Assembly (NCBI RefSeq): GCF_009914755.1
Contig: NC_060925.1
DNA length: 64,000 nucleotides
From: the human T2T-CHM13v2.0 reference genome, Homo sapiens
Strand: one strand, 5' to 3'
In this document: in pieces, positions 60,371 to 64,000 of the stretch
Numbering within the stretch: the stretch's first letter is position 1
Layout of the letters: every line of letters starts with the position of its first letter
Made by a program: the position numbers and the translations under genes
Notes under the pieces: generated by a model
Told to the model about the DNA's origin: nothing
Seen by the model: the letters and a program-made list of their open reading frames with translations, nothing else
The model's database searches: none

Positions 60371-61507
60371 ATGTATTTCAGTAGTCTCTTGGTAAAGTAA
60401 TAAAATGAATAATTACATTTCTTCAGGTTTCTAATATTCCAGCATTACCCATTTTGCATTTAACAGTAAGAACCCTCCAAGTGTTGGAGAGAAAAAAACA
60501 ACAAAATTATTTGTATTTCCCGATACCAACTCAATATTGGGATCAAGAAGATGTTGGAGTTTTTACTATGCAGAATCCCTGATGAACATAAAGGATAAAA
60601 GAGAAACCTTCAGGAACTTGATAAGAGGAATGAATATGAGGTCAAATAATAAATACTCAAGGACTAGTTTCTTGTATTAAGTGCAAATACCAATAGCATG
60701 CCAAGAATGTGGCGAGAAGGGCTGCAGAAATCTGGAATTTTTCATGATCAGAGGGGTCTAAAGATTTATTCAGTTTAACTTACACTGATAATCATTGACC
60801 ATTTTGGCAATCTATTTGAGAAGTGTTTCTGATGATATAGAAAGCTGGATGTAGGCACTTAACTCAAAAACGTATTTTCTATATATTCTGAAGTGAAGGA
60901 AAAGTGTAGTATAAAATGTACACAGCTGTGATAAAAAATACGTGTCTAATGTGAGGCTGAGAATAAACAATATACTGACATATACAAAACCTTCAATAAT
61001 TATCCTTCCTGAAAAATTAAATACTTATACCACATATCATTACATTTAGCCATGTGTTATGTACATGATTCTCTAGTATGTATTACAATTCTCAAGCCCC
61101 AAATATATTTGGAGTTTCTTGATGGCAAAGCTTTGTCATAGTCTTCCCCCGAATCCCGCATCGTAACTTAAAGGTGCTAGAGAACAATACAAGCCAGATA
61201 AACAATTGTTACATTAGAGGAAAGAAAATTCTGTGTTGAATCTGCAATAGAAATAGACAAGAGCATCACAGTAGCTTGGAGTCACATAGAATGAACCATT
61301 CTACAGTATTATTCCCTATGAGGACTGCATTCACAGAGCACAGAAGCCAGCACTTAAGCACCTCTTAAATAAAAACACCTTCTTGAATGAATTGGCAACA
61401 ATAGACCTTGAGTATAAAATGGAAATGGAATAGATGCTGATTATTACGAAGTTGTCAGCCTGCTAACCCTCGGCAGTTAAATTGGCAAGCACAGTAAGAG
61501 CACTGAC

Positions 61508-61508
<1 letters not shown>

Positions 61509-61541
<33 letters not shown>
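61509..61541 (+). repeat. poly(A)33 tract
   Basis: Direct count; no retroelement body visible upstream. Confidence 0.95.
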
Positions 61542-61544
<3 letters not shown>

Positions 61545-62644
61545 GAGAATAAGTCCATCAACTGGGAACCTTACTGAAAGAAAAGGAATTGGGTTTGTGT
61601 GTGTATGTGTATGCAGGAAAGAAGTAAGACCTAATGACTATTTCAAGGTTCTTGAAATGAAATATGTGACTAAGGATGTGCAGATTATGATAAACATAAA
61701 AGAAAACAACAATTGAAGTTGTAAAAAATAGCACTTTAAATTTGGTTAAAAATTAAATCCAATTCAAATATTGTCTTGCAACCATTTCCAGGACATCAAT
61801 TTTATAATCTTCAACATTCCTCTGTCCACCAAAAACTATGAGTTAAGGTAGACCCAATCAGAAGCACTCTATCCCTCTCCAGACATCAACCTAATAACCT
61901 GTTTTCTGTTTAGGTTCATCCATATGTCATTGTAAGTAACCAATGTCAATAGTTCTTAATTGGAATTGTAACAAAAGACAAATTTGTTTGAGAATATCAA
62001 TTTCCCTATAGACAAAGTACCACTAATTCAATCTAAAAGTTAAATTAAGCATAAAACATTTAAAAATATGCTATATGTATGCCAATTTAGGGTTGGCCAT
62101 CAATTCTTTGTATACCTGTTATTTGTAATAAATTGATTCCCAGTCCTATTGTCCTAATCATTTGTCCTTTGTTTCCCTCTTCCATTTCTTCAGGTCCTCT
62201 TCCAATAGATTTTACAGGGATTTACAAATTTCCTTTACAGGGGTTTAATGCTCGGTTAATATATAGCTTTGGTATTTTGGTGTCTTTATTATAAATATTC
62301 AGGATTTTACACTTTTAAAAATATTATTCCTAATTCATTCCTTCTCTTTTCTTCTGTAGGCTTTTTTTTTTTTTTTGTCTCCTAAAGTTGCACGTTCCAT
62401 TAAAGTGGGAGTTTTCTGTCTTGAATTGTTTGTGTACTCAAGGACTTAGGACTAAACAGTGGGTTAACAACTGCACCCCCACAAAGAGACAGGGTAAGTC
62501 ACCTATGTGGTAGTACTTTCAAGAGAACAGTCAAATATGGTTTTGTGACCCTCCGTACCTCAAATCCCACTTGTGGGTATAAAATGATTTTTGTTGAAAT
62601 GATTTATGTTATGTTAAAATGATTTATGTTGAAAAGACTAGATG

Positions 62645-62975
62645 GATATATATATACACACACATATATATATATATACCCATGACATGAGGTAGAGATG
62701 CACCCCATAGGCTTACAAGTATTTCTTAAATATATATGTAATATTTAAAATATACATTATATATATTTTATATATATTATATATTTTATAAAATATAATT
62801 TTATATATTTACATATAAATATATATTTGAGTTTCAAATATATATTACATGTTTATATATAATATATATTTGAGAGTCTCAAATATATATTATATATAAA
62901 TATATAATACATATTTGAGACTCTCAAATATATAATATACATTTGATTAAATACAGAAATATATATATATATCTA
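62645..62975. repeat. TA-rich low-complexity block containing a 49-bp palindrome (24-bp arms, 1-nt spacer)
   Basis: 62852-62900: TTTATATATAATATATATTTGAGA-g-TCTCAAATATATATTATATATAAA. Confidence 0.95.
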
Positions 62976-64000
62976 TTTGAGAAATACTTGCAAGCCTATG
63001 GGGTGAATCTCCACCTCAAGACAAATAAAAGAACCTTCAACATTAACAACATGTGGGGTCCTTCAGCCAGAGAAAGAAAGAAGAGAGATGGTATCTATTT
63101 TCTTCTTCAAACAGCAGGTGGAGGCAAGGTGGTCATGTTGGAATTTTCCTGCACTTCCTTCGGTTGTCAGAGCAAGGGGTCTTAAGTGTTTCACTTGGAC
63201 CACTGATGGGCCATAATGGATAGAAAGCCAGCCTGGGATGACTCAGAGGCACTGCACCTTACAAAACTACCGGTTGGGTCATGGAGAACCCACAGAAACT
63301 ATAGGATGAGGGAAAGTCAGAAGAATTTAGCCAGAGAGTGCATTTCCTGCATACAAGGAAACACAACTGATTACTCTTCAAGCAGAATTGTACAACAAAA
63401 ACAATCAAGAAAGTATTAGTTTTGAACATCTGCCAAGCACAGAGAGCACCAATGTCAGATCACGATAGCACAAATAAAAGAATACTCTTTGCTTTTTATC
63501 TCCCTTCAACCTACCCTCTTCCCCATCAACTCTGGAAAGTTCAGAAACCACATAAGCACTAGACAAGGAAATAGAGAAACGCAAGTCACTTGCCAATCCT
63601 CACCATGCCTCACACAGACTACAAGTTTGAAAGAGCCCAAAGCTAGGGGAATGTAATTTGGAATTTTGTATATTACACATGCCTAGATGTAGTAGGACAC
63701 ATTAGCCGTGAACATATAGATGATTTCTGACTAAATATTACCAGGATGCTTTTATTACCTTAGACCATTTAGAAAATGTAAAGGATCTAAACTAGCTATA
63801 ACCCAATATTTCTGCTCCCTGTTGCAGTTTTAAACAGATATGGGGCTAGAGATGGGGCTAAAACTGTTTTGTGCTACACTCTACAGAGTTGCATGTTTTC
63901 AAAGTATGCTTAGTGATATACACATTAATCTGCATGCATTGCATTTGTCTTTATTGCTAGGGGGTGGGAGTGGCATAGCATACCAGGCCACATACCCTTA

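Overview
This is AT-rich, CpG-poor human non-coding genomic DNA. The human assignment rests on a full-length AluYa5 and an AluYb8, both human-lineage subfamilies. I find no protein-coding exon, RNA gene, CpG island or CRISPR array; the supplied ORFs are short, Alu-derived or low-complexity. Much of the window is interspersed repeat: about 12 Alu/FLAM/FRAM elements, old L1 fragments, many L2/MIR relics, five solo LTRs with target-site duplications (TSDs), hAT DNA transposons (MER33, MER5) and microsatellites. L1, LTR and poly(A) orientations lean to the + strand, suggesting a large intron of a minus-strand gene, which I cannot name. The most notable items are: a MER61-type LTR with two consensus p53 elements; a MEF2/E-box/GC-box/TATA motif cluster at about 31-32 kb; a strong CTCF motif; an LTR9-type OCT4 site; a 122-bp internally collapsed LTR14-like element; a probable ancient RTE-clade LINE relic; a locally hypermutated AluY beside an inverted young AluYa5; and an AT-rich palindrome. 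I see no evidence of a new biological system. Repeat family names come from recall of consensus sequences, and old-repeat boundaries are approximate.
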